A DNA stretch of 62,079 bases, counting the filler. It is 3 parts of 3 records of this genome, joined end to end, with 100 filler letters (N's around TTAATTAATTAA, not from the genome) between each part and the next. Parts side by side here need not be neighbours in the genome. Positions count along the whole stretch, not along the records: positions 24,581 to 53,888 come from DRR723986_846; 2 more parts are not named here. One strand, given 5' to 3'. The notes under the pieces were generated by a model. That model was not told the origin of the DNA. It saw nothing but the letters and a program-made list of their open reading frames with translations, and searched no databases. Both the position numbers and the translations under genes were made by a program. Below, piece after piece: positions 40,619 through 50,965 of the stretch. Every line of letters starts with the position of its first letter. The stretch's first letter is position 1.

Positions 40619-40628
40619 GGTTGAAGGT

Positions 40629-41381
40629 TCAGGCTGCCTGGCCGGAAACGCCGGTGATCATGGAGACGATTTCGTTCTTGTCTGTCTCGCTGGTCTTGCG
40701 AACGCCGATCTGCTGACCACGGCGCAGGACGCAGATGCGGTCGGAGAGGCGGAAGACCTGATCCAGACTGTGGCTGATGATCAGGATGGCGAGGTTCTTT
40801 TCCTTCAGCGATGCGACCAGCTGTTCGACCTTGGCCGTTTCCGCGACGCCGAGGGCGGCCGTCGGTTCGTCCAGCAGAACCAGCTTGCTGGCCCAGTGGG
40901 TGGCTCGCGCGATGGCAATGCCCTGCCGCTGGCCGCCACTGAGGTCTCGAATGACAGAGCCGGCGGAGGGGATGCGGACATCGAGTTCGTCGACCAGCTC
41001 CTGGCATTCCCGGCGCATGCGCTTCTTGTCGAGCAGCCCGAAGGGCGGCTTGGTCAGTTCGCGGCCGAGGAACATGTTCATGTAGACCGGCTGCTGGTCG
41101 GCAAGGGCGAGGTCCTGGTAGACGACCTCGATGCCGAGACTGCGGGCCGAGCTGGCGTCTGAGAAAGATGCCGGCGTGCCGTCCAGCAGGATGTCACCCG
41201 AGGTTGGCTTATGGACGCCGGAGATGATCTTGACCAGCGTTGACTTGCCGGCGCCGTTGTCGCCGACAAGAGCAACGATCTCTCCCGCGTGAAGGTCGAG
41301 TGAGAAGTTCTCGATGGCGACCACGCCACCGAACGCCTTGTGGATGTTCTTCAGGGACAGAACGGGATTGTCGGCGGTCAT
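40629..41381 (-). CDS. Sugar ABC transporter ATP-binding protein (single domain)
   Basis: GDNGAGKST, LSGGQRQ, LLDEPT and ISH motifs. Confidence 0.93.
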   Translation of the reverse strand: MTADNPVLSLKNIHKAFGGVVAIENFSLDLHAGEIVALVGDNGAGKSTLVKIISGVHKPTSGDILLDGTPASFSDASSARSLGIEVVYQDLALADQQPVYMNMFLGRELTKPPFGLLDKKRMRRECQELVDELDVRIPSAGSVIRDLSGGQRQGIAIARATHWASKLVLLDEPTAALGVAETAKVEQLVASLKEKNLAILIISHSLDQVFRLSDRICVLRRGQQIGVRKTSETDKNEIVSMITGVSGQAA

Positions 41382-42589
41382 TGCTGGAACGCTCCCGGCC
41401 AGGAGACGGCATCTCCGAAGCCATTTTCGATTGTGGTGACGGCAGGCGTGCCTGTGCTGACGCCGGAAATGCCGACGACAAGCGCCCGTGTGACGAAGGC
41501 CTGACCGCGGAAGCCGAAGACCACCGTGTCACCGGCGCGCACGGGTTTGGGCGAGGTGGCGTCGATCATCGCGTAATAGTCGATGGCGGAATAGTCGGGT
41601 ATTTCGACCTCAAGCAGATCAGACTGGCGGGAAGTCGGCTCCGAGGAGACGAGGGCCTTGACCGGGTACTTCGGGAAGACCGGATCGATGTACAGGCCAC
41701 CACCGAAGCAGTAGGCCTTGCCACCGTGGTGGTGAGAGACTTCCGAGAGATAGAGCACGGCAGGATCTTCCGGCAGGTCTTCCACAGCATGAAGAGGTGT
41801 CGTGCCGTGGAGACCGTTGCCCGGTTCGCACTGGGTGGCACCGGCCTCGGCAAGGGCGCCGAGCACTGCGGAGGACGTGGTGCCAGGAGCGTTGATCTCG
41901 ATACGGCCGCGACCTGCAGCTGCCAGTGCTTCGGCGGCGCGGGCGAGGGTCGACAGGTTCGGCGTCGGCTTGACCTTGCGCGTTTCAAGATCGAAAAGCA
42001 GCGCGGGGAAGGTGGTGATGCCAGCGAAGGCTCCACCTTCCAGGGCATCAAGCTGTTCTGCCACGGCGACAATGTCTTGCGCGTCGAAGCCGCCTTCATG
42101 GCCACGATAGAACGTGTCGCCCTCTGTCTGGATCCGGGCGAGAAGATTCTGTGTCCTGCCGGCGGACTTGGCGGCAGCGGCAGCTTCCTGTGCTTTCTCA
42201 GCCGAGAAGACCGTCCAGTAATCCGGTTGCAGCTTCGCAGCGGCAAAAGCGGCTTCCTGCCTCGGAACCTGGACCAGGTGGCCGAGATGCCCGGTCTTGA
42301 GGCCGGCACGGTCGCAGGCGAGAGCGCAGGCCATGTCGACCGCAACGGATCTTTCGATGCCGCCGCGCATGACCGCCTGGCAGAAACCGGAATGGCGTCC
42401 GACCTGCTTGGTCATGGCGAAGGTTTTCAGGCCGTGCTTGTCGGCCTCTCCCTTGAAAAGGCGAGCGTTGCGTTCGACCGCGTCCAGATCGAGAACATAG
42501 GCATTGGCAGGGATCTTGCCGGCCTGATGCAGCGCCATGGCGGCTTCGATGAAGGCCGGATTGCGGCGCATGAGAACGTCGAGAAACAT
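41378..42589 (-). CDS. YhfX-like PLP-dependent enzyme (alanine racemase fold III)
   Basis: AMTKQVGR (PLP Lys), GHLGHLVQ, GHEGGF, EPGNGLHGTTP and LSEVSH motifs. Confidence 0.82.
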   Translation of the reverse strand: MFLDVLMRRNPAFIEAAMALHQAGKIPANAYVLDLDAVERNARLFKGEADKHGLKTFAMTKQVGRHSGFCQAVMRGGIERSVAVDMACALACDRAGLKTGHLGHLVQVPRQEAAFAAAKLQPDYWTVFSAEKAQEAAAAAKSAGRTQNLLARIQTEGDTFYRGHEGGFDAQDIVAVAEQLDALEGGAFAGITTFPALLFDLETRKVKPTPNLSTLARAAEALAAAGRGRIEINAPGTTSSAVLGALAEAGATQCEPGNGLHGTTPLHAVEDLPEDPAVLYLSEVSHHHGGKAYCFGGGLYIDPVFPKYPVKALVSSEPTSRQSDLLEVEIPDYSAIDYYAMIDATSPKPVRAGDTVVFGFRGQAFVTRALVVGISGVSTGTPAVTTIENGFGDAVSWPGAFQQ

Positions 42590-42603
42590 CGTGGTCCTCC
42601 AGG

Positions 42604-43557
42604 TTACCGACTGGTGTCGCGCAGGGAGACGGCGACTGCGACGAGAATGATGAGACCGCGGACGATCATCTGGTCGGAGACATCAAGCCCCATCAGGATC
42701 AGTCCGTTGTTGAGCATGCCCATCAGCAGTGAGCCGAGCAGGGCGCCGATGACGGAGCCCTTGCCGCCATTGAGGGCGGTGCCGCCGACGATGACGGCGG
42801 CGATGACCGTCATCAGGTCGCTTTCGCCGAGCGTGTATTTGGCAGCCTGAAGGCGACCGGCGTAGAGCAGGCCGGCAAGCCCGGCCATGGCGCCGCACAG
42901 CGTCAGCACGCTGAGGCGGATGCGCGGAACCTTGATGCCGGAAACCTGGGCGGCCCGGGGATTGTCGCCCGTTGCCACCACATGGGCGCCAAAGCGGGTG
43001 TTGCGGTAGACGATATGGCCGATGACGACGGCAGCGATGGTCCAGATGACCAGCGAGGGGATGGAGAACAGGCTGCCGGAGCCGAAGATGCCTGCGAAGG
43101 TGTCGTTGAGGACCGGGATCGAGCGCAGGTCCGTCATGGAGCGGGCGATACCGGCGAAGAGGCCCATGGTGGCCAGCGTCACCAGGAAGGACGGCAGGCG
43201 GAGATAGGCGACAAGGACGCCGTTCATGGCGCCGATCAGAGCTCCGGCGCCGATGCCGGCGATGACGCCGACGACCAGCGGGTAGCTTTGCAGTGCAAGC
43301 GCTGCGGCGAGAGCCGAGACAGCAACGACTGAGCCAAAGCTGAGGTCGATTTCCCCGGCGGACAGCGCGAAGACCAGACCTATGGCCATGATCGTTGCCG
43401 GTGCGGTCTGCAGAACGATGTTGGTCAGGTTGCGGGGCGACAGGAAGCCGACGTCGTGAAGGGTGAGAGCAAAGAAAAGAAAGATTCCGAGAAACCCGAA
43501 ATAGATCACGCCTTGCTTGTAATCGAGTTGTCTTAGTCTCGAAACCGCCTGGGTCAT
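42604..43557 (-). CDS. Sugar ABC transporter permease (RbsC family)
   Basis: GEIDLSFGS, PSFLVTLA and IAAVIVGGT motifs; start MTQAVSR at 43557. Confidence 0.92.
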   Translation of the reverse strand: MTQAVSRLRQLDYKQGVIYFGFLGIFLFFALTLHDVGFLSPRNLTNIVLQTAPATIMAIGLVFALSAGEIDLSFGSVVAVSALAAALALQSYPLVVGVIAGIGAGALIGAMNGVLVAYLRLPSFLVTLATMGLFAGIARSMTDLRSIPVLNDTFAGIFGSGSLFSIPSLVIWTIAAVVIGHIVYRNTRFGAHVVATGDNPRAAQVSGIKVPRIRLSVLTLCGAMAGLAGLLYAGRLQAAKYTLGESDLMTVIAAVIVGGTALNGGKGSVIGALLGSLLMGMLNNGLILMGLDVSDQMIVRGLIILVAVAVSLRDTSR

Positions 43558-43624
43558 GGATTGCCTCAAGTTCGAAGAGGTAGGTGACGGCAGGCCGCAA
43601 GGCGCGGCCTGCACGGAAAGGGAT

Positions 43625-44692
43625 TTACTTGGCTGCTTCGGCAACGCTTTCGGGCGGATCCATCTTCATGGACTTGTTCCAGCCTTCGGTGACATTATCC
43701 GTACCAACCGTGATGGCGTCGACCACCAGGAACGGATCGACGGACTTGCCGAGAAGGCTGGCCGCAGCGGACCGGGCGGCGTAGACGCCGATGCTGTAGG
43801 CTTCGTCCGCGATGATTGCCGCGGTGTTGCCGCCCTTCAACATGTCGAGGGCAACCGGCTCGTTGAGGTCGATGGTGACCACCCTGGTGGTGTCGTTGCC
43901 CTGCTGGCGCAGAACTGAGAGGACGCCAAGGGCAGGTTCCGCCCACGGCGTATAGATGCCGCCGAGATCCGGGTTCCGTGACAACATCGCCCGGGCGATG
44001 TCTTCGGCGTTTGCGGGATCGGTCATGCCGGACTCGATGGCGATTTCCATGTTCGGAAACTCGTTTTCAATGGTCCATTTGAACGCCTGGTCACGCTGGT
44101 TGGTGACCGGGAAATCCGCATCGTGGAACATGTAGCCGACCGTACCCGTCTCGCCCATGGACGCAGCGAGTGCCCGGGCGGCCTTTTCGCCGATCTGCAC
44201 CAGGTCGGCGGAGACGACGGTGACATAGTCCTTGCCATGGGTGAAGCCGTCGACGGCGTTGTCGACGAAGACAAGCTTCACGCCGGCATCGCGGGCAATG
44301 CCATAGACGGTCTGTGCTGTGGTCGGGTCGATCGGCAGGGATACGATGATCGACGGCTGGTTGGCCATGATCGTCTCGACGTCGGACTTCTGGCGAGCTG
44401 AGTCAAAGCCGGCGTCGGTCTCGGCAACGACCTTGATGCCGAGCCGTTCGAACTCGTCCTTGGCGCCGCGTGCGACCGCGTTGGACCAATCGTAGAGCTC
44501 GTGCCAGGCAAAGGCGGCCGTGTAGTTACCTTCGGCCACTTTCGCGACTTCGGCATCGGTCAGTTCGAGCGTTGCGACCGGCGTCGGGGCTTCGCCCTTC
44601 GGGCCAACCGTTTGCGGGCGGTCAGCAGCCGAGGCCAAGGCGGTCATGCCGACCAGCAGTGTCGACGCCAGGAGTGTCTGTAACTTGAACAT
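43625..44692 (-). CDS. Sugar ABC substrate-binding protein 2
   Basis: Signal peptide; periplasmic binding protein type 1; TNQRDQAF motif. Confidence 0.9.
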   Translation of the reverse strand: MFKLQTLLASTLLVGMTALASAADRPQTVGPKGEAPTPVATLELTDAEVAKVAEGNYTAAFAWHELYDWSNAVARGAKDEFERLGIKVVAETDAGFDSARQKSDVETIMANQPSIIVSLPIDPTTAQTVYGIARDAGVKLVFVDNAVDGFTHGKDYVTVVSADLVQIGEKAARALAASMGETGTVGYMFHDADFPVTNQRDQAFKWTIENEFPNMEIAIESGMTDPANAEDIARAMLSRNPDLGGIYTPWAEPALGVLSVLRQQGNDTTRVVTIDLNEPVALDMLKGGNTAAIIADEAYSIGVYAARSAAASLLGKSVDPFLVVDAITVGTDNVTEGWNKSMKMDPPESVAEAAK

Positions 44693-44829
44693 GCGACTTC
44701 TCCGTAAGGTTCGGTATTAACCGTCGGAAAGACGGTGTTGCTTCTCGGAGGTCCGTGCGGGTTTTTAGAATTGTTGTGAGGACCTGTTGGCCGGCAGGCT
44801 GTGATGGGGCAGCCTGCCGGAATGCCGGG

Positions 44830-45885
44830 TCAATTCGCGGAGGTAACGCTTGCCGGCGGGTCGATGTTGAGGGACTTCTTCCAGCCCTCGGCAACATTGT
44901 CTGCAGTCACGGTGATGGCCGGTGCCGCGATGAAGGGCGGAACGTCCTTGTCGACGAGGCGCAGAGCTGCGGCAGCTGCCATGGCGCGGCCGAGTTCATA
45001 GGCTTCGTCCGCAACAATGGCTGCGACGTTGCCGCCGCGGACCATGTCGAGAGCTACCGGCTCGGACAGATCGAGCGTGACGATCTTGGTGTCCTTGTTG
45101 CCGTTGGCACGCAGAGCTGCGAGCACACCTTCGGCCGGGCCGGCCCAGGTCACATAGATGCCGCCGAGATCCGGGTTCTTGAGCAGCATGGCGTTGGCGA
45201 TTTCCTCAGCTCGAGCCGGGTCGCTGATACCTTGTTCCGCAACGATCTTGATGTCCGGATAGTCGTTTTCGATGGTCGACTTGAAGGCGTTGTCACGCTG
45301 GTTGGTCACGTAATAGTCGGCGTCGTGGAAAATCCAGCCGACGGTGCCCTTGCCGCCCATGGCGCTGGCGAGCGCGTCGGCAGCCTGTTTGCCCATCTGG
45401 TAGAGATCATCGGTCACGATGGCCGCATAATCGCGCGGGTGCTCATAATCGGCGGGCAGGTTGGACAGGAAAACCAGGGAAACACCGGCATCGCGGGCTT
45501 CCTTGAAAGCGGCGGCGGATGTGACCGGGTCAAGCGGTAGCGACAGAATGATGTTGGGTTCCTTGGCCATGGCCGTTTCAACGTCGCTGCGCTGCTTGGC
45601 GGCGTCAAAGCCGGCGCTGGTGGTTGCGACAACCTCGATGCCGAGGCGCTTGAACTCGTCCGTTGCACCGGCTGAGACCGCATTCACGAAATCGGACTGG
45701 TCGTGCCAGAGCAGGGCGGCCTTGTACTTTGCATCCTTGATGGCGGCGACGGCATCGTCGGGGACCGTCACTTCGGCGGAAAGCGTTGCCGCTTCGCCCT
45801 TGGGGCCGACCGTCTGGGCCATGGCGGAGACGGACATCAGCCCGAGAAGGGCGGATGTCGCCAGATGTTTGACTAGCAGTTTCAT
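44830..45885 (-). CDS. Sugar ABC substrate-binding protein 1
   Basis: Signal peptide; paralogue of the neighbour (QTVGPKGEA, TNQRDNAF, DLSEPVALDM). Confidence 0.9.
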   Translation of the reverse strand: MKLLVKHLATSALLGLMSVSAMAQTVGPKGEAATLSAEVTVPDDAVAAIKDAKYKAALLWHDQSDFVNAVSAGATDEFKRLGIEVVATTSAGFDAAKQRSDVETAMAKEPNIILSLPLDPVTSAAAFKEARDAGVSLVFLSNLPADYEHPRDYAAIVTDDLYQMGKQAADALASAMGGKGTVGWIFHDADYYVTNQRDNAFKSTIENDYPDIKIVAEQGISDPARAEEIANAMLLKNPDLGGIYVTWAGPAEGVLAALRANGNKDTKIVTLDLSEPVALDMVRGGNVAAIVADEAYELGRAMAAAAALRLVDKDVPPFIAAPAITVTADNVAEGWKKSLNIDPPASVTSAN

Positions 45886-45909
45886 TTCTAACCCTCTGTT
45901 ATGTTTGGT

Positions 45910-47190
45910 TCAGTCTGCTTCTTCTTCCAGGCCGCAATAGTCGGCCACGAACAGCGCGAAAGCCCTGACGGCTGCCAGATAGCTTTCCACCTCGATGCGC
46001 TCTTCGAATGTGTGTGCCACGCTGATGTCCCCAGGTGCGCAGTAGACCGCGGGACACCCGATCTCGTTGACAAGAAAGGGAGATTCCGACCAGTAAGGCG
46101 CACCGCCGATGGCGCCGCCGGATAGGTTCTGGCCGTTCGTGGCAACCTCGACGCAGCGGGACAGCTGCAGAGCGGCGGGGGTTTCGCGGGAGATCTCGAC
46201 GGGTGAGCCACCGAAGCGGTGATCACGGCCGGCGGGGTACGCAATCCCGATGCCGATGCCGTCGGCCACTGGCGCCGACCGGACGACCGCTTCAAAGGCG
46301 GCGACCGCCTCATCCAGGTTCTCGCCGGGGCGGAGCTTGCGGATCAGGGAGAGCTTGCACTCGCCCGGAACGGCAATATAGCCGCCGCCATTGATATGCG
46401 TGACGAGGATGGAGGAAGCGCCGACCAGATCGTGCTTCGGTCCTGCTGCCAGTTCCGCCTCATGTTGCCAGAGGTTGCCCAGAATTGCGTGGGTTGCCTT
46501 CAGGGCATCGACGCCGAGCTCCGGCGTGCCGAAATAGGCGGATTTGCCGGTTATGGTGATATCGGCAATGAAGAAACCGATCTGGGCGGTGTAGACATCC
46601 AGCCTGGTCGGTTCGACATAGACTGCGAAATCCGGCTTTGCGATGGTGCCGTCCTTGACCCTTTTGACGAGATCGTGTGCGCCGGCGCTGACGCCGGTGC
46701 CCGGTTCGCCGCTTTCCTCATCGCCGATGAAAGCGAAGGAGAGGCCGCCGGCGGGACGGTAGCCCGCCTTCTGCAATAGCCTGAGGCCGCCAAGTGCGGC
46801 GCAGATGCCGCCCTTGAGATCGCAGGCGCCGCGGCCCCAGAGCTCACCGTCTATCAAGGCGCCGCCGAAGGGGCTTTCCTGCGGCTTGCCCTGCCAGGCT
46901 TCCTGCCAGCCGCGCACATGCACGGTGTCGGTGTGGCCGACGAAGAGGAGGCGGGGGGCATCTTCGCCGGTGACCGACTGGTGCTGGCCCCAGACGTTGA
47001 GGCGACCGGGCAGGAATTCGCCGGAGCCGGTTTCAAGACCGAGCGTATCCATCTGCGACTTCAGGAAGGTGGCAAAGCCGGTTTCGTTGCCGGTTACGCT
47101 GTCAATCGACAGTGCGCCGCGAAGCAGGTCGATGTCGGCGTCCCGCTCCTGCGCGGCCAGCAGCTTTTCATGCAGGTTTGAGGAAGCCAT
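45910..47190 (-). CDS. M20 metallo-amidohydrolase (ArgE/DapE family)
   Basis: GHTDTV, GRGACDLKGG, DEESG, EPT and AHTFEE motifs. Confidence 0.9.
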   Translation of the reverse strand: MASSNLHEKLLAAQERDADIDLLRGALSIDSVTGNETGFATFLKSQMDTLGLETGSGEFLPGRLNVWGQHQSVTGEDAPRLLFVGHTDTVHVRGWQEAWQGKPQESPFGGALIDGELWGRGACDLKGGICAALGGLRLLQKAGYRPAGGLSFAFIGDEESGEPGTGVSAGAHDLVKRVKDGTIAKPDFAVYVEPTRLDVYTAQIGFFIADITITGKSAYFGTPELGVDALKATHAILGNLWQHEAELAAGPKHDLVGASSILVTHINGGGYIAVPGECKLSLIRKLRPGENLDEAVAAFEAVVRSAPVADGIGIGIAYPAGRDHRFGGSPVEISRETPAALQLSRCVEVATNGQNLSGGAIGGAPYWSESPFLVNEIGCPAVYCAPGDISVAHTFEERIEVESYLAAVRAFALFVADYCGLEEEAD

Positions 47191-48404
47191 CAGGCCGCTC
47201 CCTTCTTGAAGGTTTCGATGGACGGCGGCGGAACGGCAATTTCAACGCCCTTGAGGCCCTCGGTGAAGAGAGACAGGTGCAGGCGGGAGAGGGCGACGGA
47301 GGCACCGCCGGCAAGGGCTGCGTGATTGCCGAGGGTCGACTTCTCGATCAGGACAGGGCGGGGGAAGCATCTGGAGACGAACTTGCGAACATTGCCAAAA
47401 AGCTCGTCCCGTGTGCCGATGGAACCGCCGATGACGATGCAGGACGGGTCCATGACCGCTGCCAGCGCTGCCATGACGCGGGCGACCTGGCGGGCGATTT
47501 CTTCCAGTGTTTCAGTGGCGGCAGTGTCGCCTGTGTTTGCGGCGTCGAAGATGTCCGGGACGTCCAGTGTTCTGCCGGTCTTGCTTTTGTAGAGATCGGT
47601 GATGGCGTGGGTGGCGGCGACACGTTCCAGGGCACCGACCTCAAGGCTTTCCGGTTCGAACGGGTCGGCGCCAAAGGGAAGGTAGCCGATTTCACCGGCA
47701 GCGCCGTTCATGCCCCGGTGGAGCTGGCCGCCGATGACGATGCCTGCACCGATACCGGTGCCGATGGAGACGTAGATCAGGTCGTCCTTGTCGCCGCGTT
47801 TGGTGAGCCAGTGTTCACCCAGGGCAGCAAGGTTGACGTCGTTTTCGATAAAGACCTCGATGCCGAGGATCTCCCGCCAAAGACCGGGGGCGTCGATGTC
47901 GCCGATGCCGGGGATGTTCGGGGCCATGCGGATGTGGCCGGTAGCCGGGTCCGGAGCGCCTGGTACGCCAATGACGGCGACACGAGGCAGCTTGAGCGAG
48001 GGGCTGGCTTCGGTCGCTGCCCGGCGGATGAGGTCCGCGACCTGATTGACGACGGCAATGCCGCCCTGCCTGTCGGTCGGCTCCACCAGCTCCGAGACGA
48101 CGGCCCCGGTGAGGTTGCAGATGGCAACACGGATCTTGGTGCCGCCGAGATCGACGCTGGCAACGGATGCCGCATCCGGCACGATTTCATAAACCACGGC
48201 ACGGCGGCCGATATGGCCTTCGGTCTGGCCAACCGTGCGCACCCAGCCTTCTTCTTCCAGATTGCCGACGATTTCCGAAACCGTCTGTTTCGACAGGCCG
48301 GTGATCTTGGAGACGCTCGCCCGGGAGATCGGGCTGTAGCTGGCAATCGCCTGGACGATGGCACTCAAGGACATGCGTCTGGAGATGTTTGAGGGGTCTG
48401 CCAA
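47190..48404 (-). CDS. ROK family transcriptional regulator
   Basis: N-terminal wHTH (ISRASVSKITGLSKQTVS); DLGGT, ENDVN, GTGIGAG and GEIG motifs. Confidence 0.92.
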   Translation of the reverse strand: MADPSNISRRMSLSAIVQAIASYSPISRASVSKITGLSKQTVSEIVGNLEEEGWVRTVGQTEGHIGRRAVVYEIVPDAASVASVDLGGTKIRVAICNLTGAVVSELVEPTDRQGGIAVVNQVADLIRRAATEASPSLKLPRVAVIGVPGAPDPATGHIRMAPNIPGIGDIDAPGLWREILGIEVFIENDVNLAALGEHWLTKRGDKDDLIYVSIGTGIGAGIVIGGQLHRGMNGAAGEIGYLPFGADPFEPESLEVGALERVAATHAITDLYKSKTGRTLDVPDIFDAANTGDTAATETLEEIARQVARVMAALAAVMDPSCIVIGGSIGTRDELFGNVRKFVSRCFPRPVLIEKSTLGNHAALAGGASVALSRLHLSLFTEGLKGVEIAVPPPSIETFKKGAA

Positions 48405-48415
48405 GGCTACGCTCC

Positions 48416-48442
48416 ATTAGTTCGTTCTGTCACCGAACTAAT
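48416..48442. promoter_or_regulatory. ROK (XylR-type) operator palindrome
   Basis: ATTAGTTCG-N9-CGAACTAAT directly upstream of the ROK gene and operon. Confidence 0.72.
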
Positions 48443-48921
48443 TAGATTTTGAGACACGAGTCAAGCGGTGCATTGAAAAATCGGGAGAGATTGAAAGCAG
48501 GTTGAGGAGGGCGGCGAGAGAAAAACGATGTCTGAGTAATCGAAAAGGCAAGCGAGTGAAGGCAGTTGCAAGTGGGGCGGGAAGGGCCGAAAAAAATGTT
48601 CCGATGCGCACAACGGAGGCTGTCACCAAGTTCCTGTTTGCAAGGGTGCTTTTAAAAAATGCGGTCTAAACAGTGGCTTCAGACATTGGGGCGACGTGGA
48701 CAGCTTCGACAAAACCGGGCAAAAAGGGGCTTCCTTATTTTACCGTGGATCAGTGTGCCCAAGGGGCCTGGTACCGGTTTTACGCTTCTTCCCAAAACCA
48801 AAGACAATTTCAGCAAGGCGCAGGCTTTTGCATCTGGTGCTTCGAGCGCCGGGGCCAAGGACCGGCGATGGGGAAGCTGCGGACCGTGTCTTGAACTGAC
48901 CTCCAGACGACTTGCAGGAAA

Positions 48922-49413
48922 GTGCGACCCATGACTTTGCCAGAAGGGGGCGGCAGCGCGCTGAAGTGGCCGACAGCCAGAGCGCGCCGGAAGGTGTGCG
49001 CGGAGTTTTGCGCGCATATTGCCGCCGGATATTCGATCGACAGTTTTCCGGACGCCGACCGCCGGACGATCCGCTATTACGCCGAACAGTTTCCCGAGGA
49101 CTTTCCGCCCGCGAGGCTGGAAGAAGCCGCCCGGCGCGGCCTTCTGGAGTGGGAGCGGATCGGCAAGGACGGCGCAAGGGGAGAGCTGGCGAAATTCAAC
49201 GCCAGTGCCTGGACCTTTGCCATGAAGAACCGTGCCGGCTGGCGGGACCGGACGGAGCCGGAAGCATGGCCGGTCTGGAGCGGGCCGGAAGACAGCCAGA
49301 CACTCGAGACACTGAAACCGCGCAGCTCGGAGGAAATTGCTCTGGGCGTGATGGCATTGCTGACCGGAAAGGATATGCCAAAGGATGGCGACGGCCCTCG
49401 AAACGCTGATTGA
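48922..49413 (+). CDS. Phage terminase small subunit-like protein
   Basis: HIAAGYSIDSF, WERIG and FNASAWTFAMKNRAGWRD pattern; overlaps the terL start. Confidence 0.72.
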   Translation: MRPMTLPEGGGSALKWPTARARRKVCAEFCAHIAAGYSIDSFPDADRRTIRYYAEQFPEDFPPARLEEAARRGLLEWERIGKDGARGELAKFNASAWTFAMKNRAGWRDRTEPEAWPVWSGPEDSQTLETLKPRSSEEIALGVMALLTGKDMPKDGDGPRNAD

Positions 49414-50965
49414 CCACATCGACCAGATGCCCGCGGACGAGCGGGTTGCCTTGCAGAAACAACTGGATGAGGCGGGGGTGCTGGACCAGTTTTCCGTCTG
49501 GCGGCCTCAACCCGGACCTCAAACGGAAGGCTATTTCTCAAAAGCCGATCTGACGCTTTACGGCGGCGCGGCGGGCGGCGGCAAGACGGACCTGATTGCC
49601 GGGCTGGCGCTGTTTGCCCACCACAAGGCGGCGATCTTCCGCCAGTCGCTCAAGTCCCTGAAGGGCTTGAGCGAACGCATGAACGCGCTGATGCGCCAGG
49701 CGGGCATGGGCAAGATTTCCGGCAATCCGCCAAGGTGGACCGGGCCCGACGAGCGGCTGATCGAATTTGGCCACCTGGGGCTGCCGGGGGCGGAAGAGGA
49801 CTGGCAGGGGCGCGACCATGACCTGAAGGCCTTCGACGAGGGCGCGCAGATGGACCCGCGCAAGATCATCTTCGTGCTCGGCTGGCTGCGCACGACACGG
49901 AAGGGCCAGCGTTGCCGCGGTTTGATCGCCACCAATCCGCCGCTGGGCGGGCAGGGGGACTACCTGAGCGACTGGTTCGCGCCCTGGCTCGATCCGCTGC
50001 ATCCGCTTTACGGCAAGGTGCAGCCGGGCGAGATCCTGTGGGCGGTGTTCATTGACGACGGCGATGCCATTCGCACGGTGTGGGTGGACGGGCCGGAGCC
50101 GGTGGAGATCGAAGGCGAAGTCCGCACACCAAAGAGCCGGACCTTTATTCCGGCGCGGCGGCAGGACAACCGCTTTCTGGGAACGGACTACGATGCCCAG
50201 CTCGACCAGATGCCCGAGCCGATGCGCACGGCGCTGAAGACCGGAGACTTTCTGGCGGCTCGGCAGGACCACGAGTGGCAGGTGATTCCGTCCGACTGGG
50301 TGGACCTTGCCTTCGAGCGATACGACCAGGGCATCGATCGGGACGAACCGATGACAGTGCTGGCGGTGGATGTTGCCCAGGGCGGCAAGGACCGGACGGT
50401 GCTGCAGCCGCTGCATGGCCGGCGCTTTGAAACCAACATCGTGCGCAAGGGCACCGACACGAAGGATGGTGCGGATGTCGGTTCGCTGATCATCCGCGAG
50501 CGGCGCGACAATGCAATGATCGTGGTGGACTGCACAGGCGGCTGGGGCGGGGACACGGTTGGCTTCCTGAAGCGGGAAAACAACATTCCGGCGGAAAAAT
50601 GCGTCTTCTCCGCCCAGTCGGGCGAGAGTGCGAAGGACAGCAGGATCCCGTTCTACAACTTGCGCGCCGAACTTTACTGGCGCTTGCGCGAGGCCTTGCA
50701 CCCCAAGAGCGGGCTTGGGCTGGCAATCCGGCGGTCGGCGACGGTGAAAGCGCAGTTGACCGCGCATCGCTGGAAGATGCGAAACGGGAAAATCCTGATT
50801 GAGAGCAAGGAAGAGATCAAGGAACGGCTGGGCTCTTCCCCGGACGAGGCGGATGCGATTGTCGAGGCATTGGGATGGAAGCAGAAAGCGGAGCTGAAGA
50901 AGGTTCTGAGAACCGGGGTCGAAAGCCGGATGGCGCCACTGGGCGACCCGCTGGACGGTTTCTGA
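49385..50965 (+). CDS. terL: Phage terminase large subunit
   Basis: Q motif (PQPGPQ), Walker A (GGAAGGGKT), Walker B (AFDEGAQ), coupling motif ATNP, and RNase H-like nuclease residues (VDVAQGGKD, VVD, SPDEADA). Confidence 0.9.
   Translation: MATALETLIDHIDQMPADERVALQKQLDEAGVLDQFSVWRPQPGPQTEGYFSKADLTLYGGAAGGGKTDLIAGLALFAHHKAAIFRQSLKSLKGLSERMNALMRQAGMGKISGNPPRWTGPDERLIEFGHLGLPGAEEDWQGRDHDLKAFDEGAQMDPRKIIFVLGWLRTTRKGQRCRGLIATNPPLGGQGDYLSDWFAPWLDPLHPLYGKVQPGEILWAVFIDDGDAIRTVWVDGPEPVEIEGEVRTPKSRTFIPARRQDNRFLGTDYDAQLDQMPEPMRTALKTGDFLAARQDHEWQVIPSDWVDLAFERYDQGIDRDEPMTVLAVDVAQGGKDRTVLQPLHGRRFETNIVRKGTDTKDGADVGSLIIRERRDNAMIVVDCTGGWGGDTVGFLKRENNIPAEKCVFSAQSGESAKDSRIPFYNLRAELYWRLREALHPKSGLGLAIRRSATVKAQLTAHRWKMRNGKILIESKEEIKERLGSSPDEADAIVEALGWKQKAELKKVLRTGVESRMAPLGDPLDGF

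Noticed and set aside
41240-48392. Long antisense ORFs (e.g. 41240-42850, 47112-48392; also 24701-25924, 49538-50767, 52518-53777)
   Set aside because: They are shadow frames of well-supported genes in GC-rich DNA with no recognisable motifs.
48443-48921. Short ORFs between the ROK operator and terS
   Set aside because: No convincing RBS or motifs; likely promoter or remnant DNA. No att or pac site could be identified by eye.
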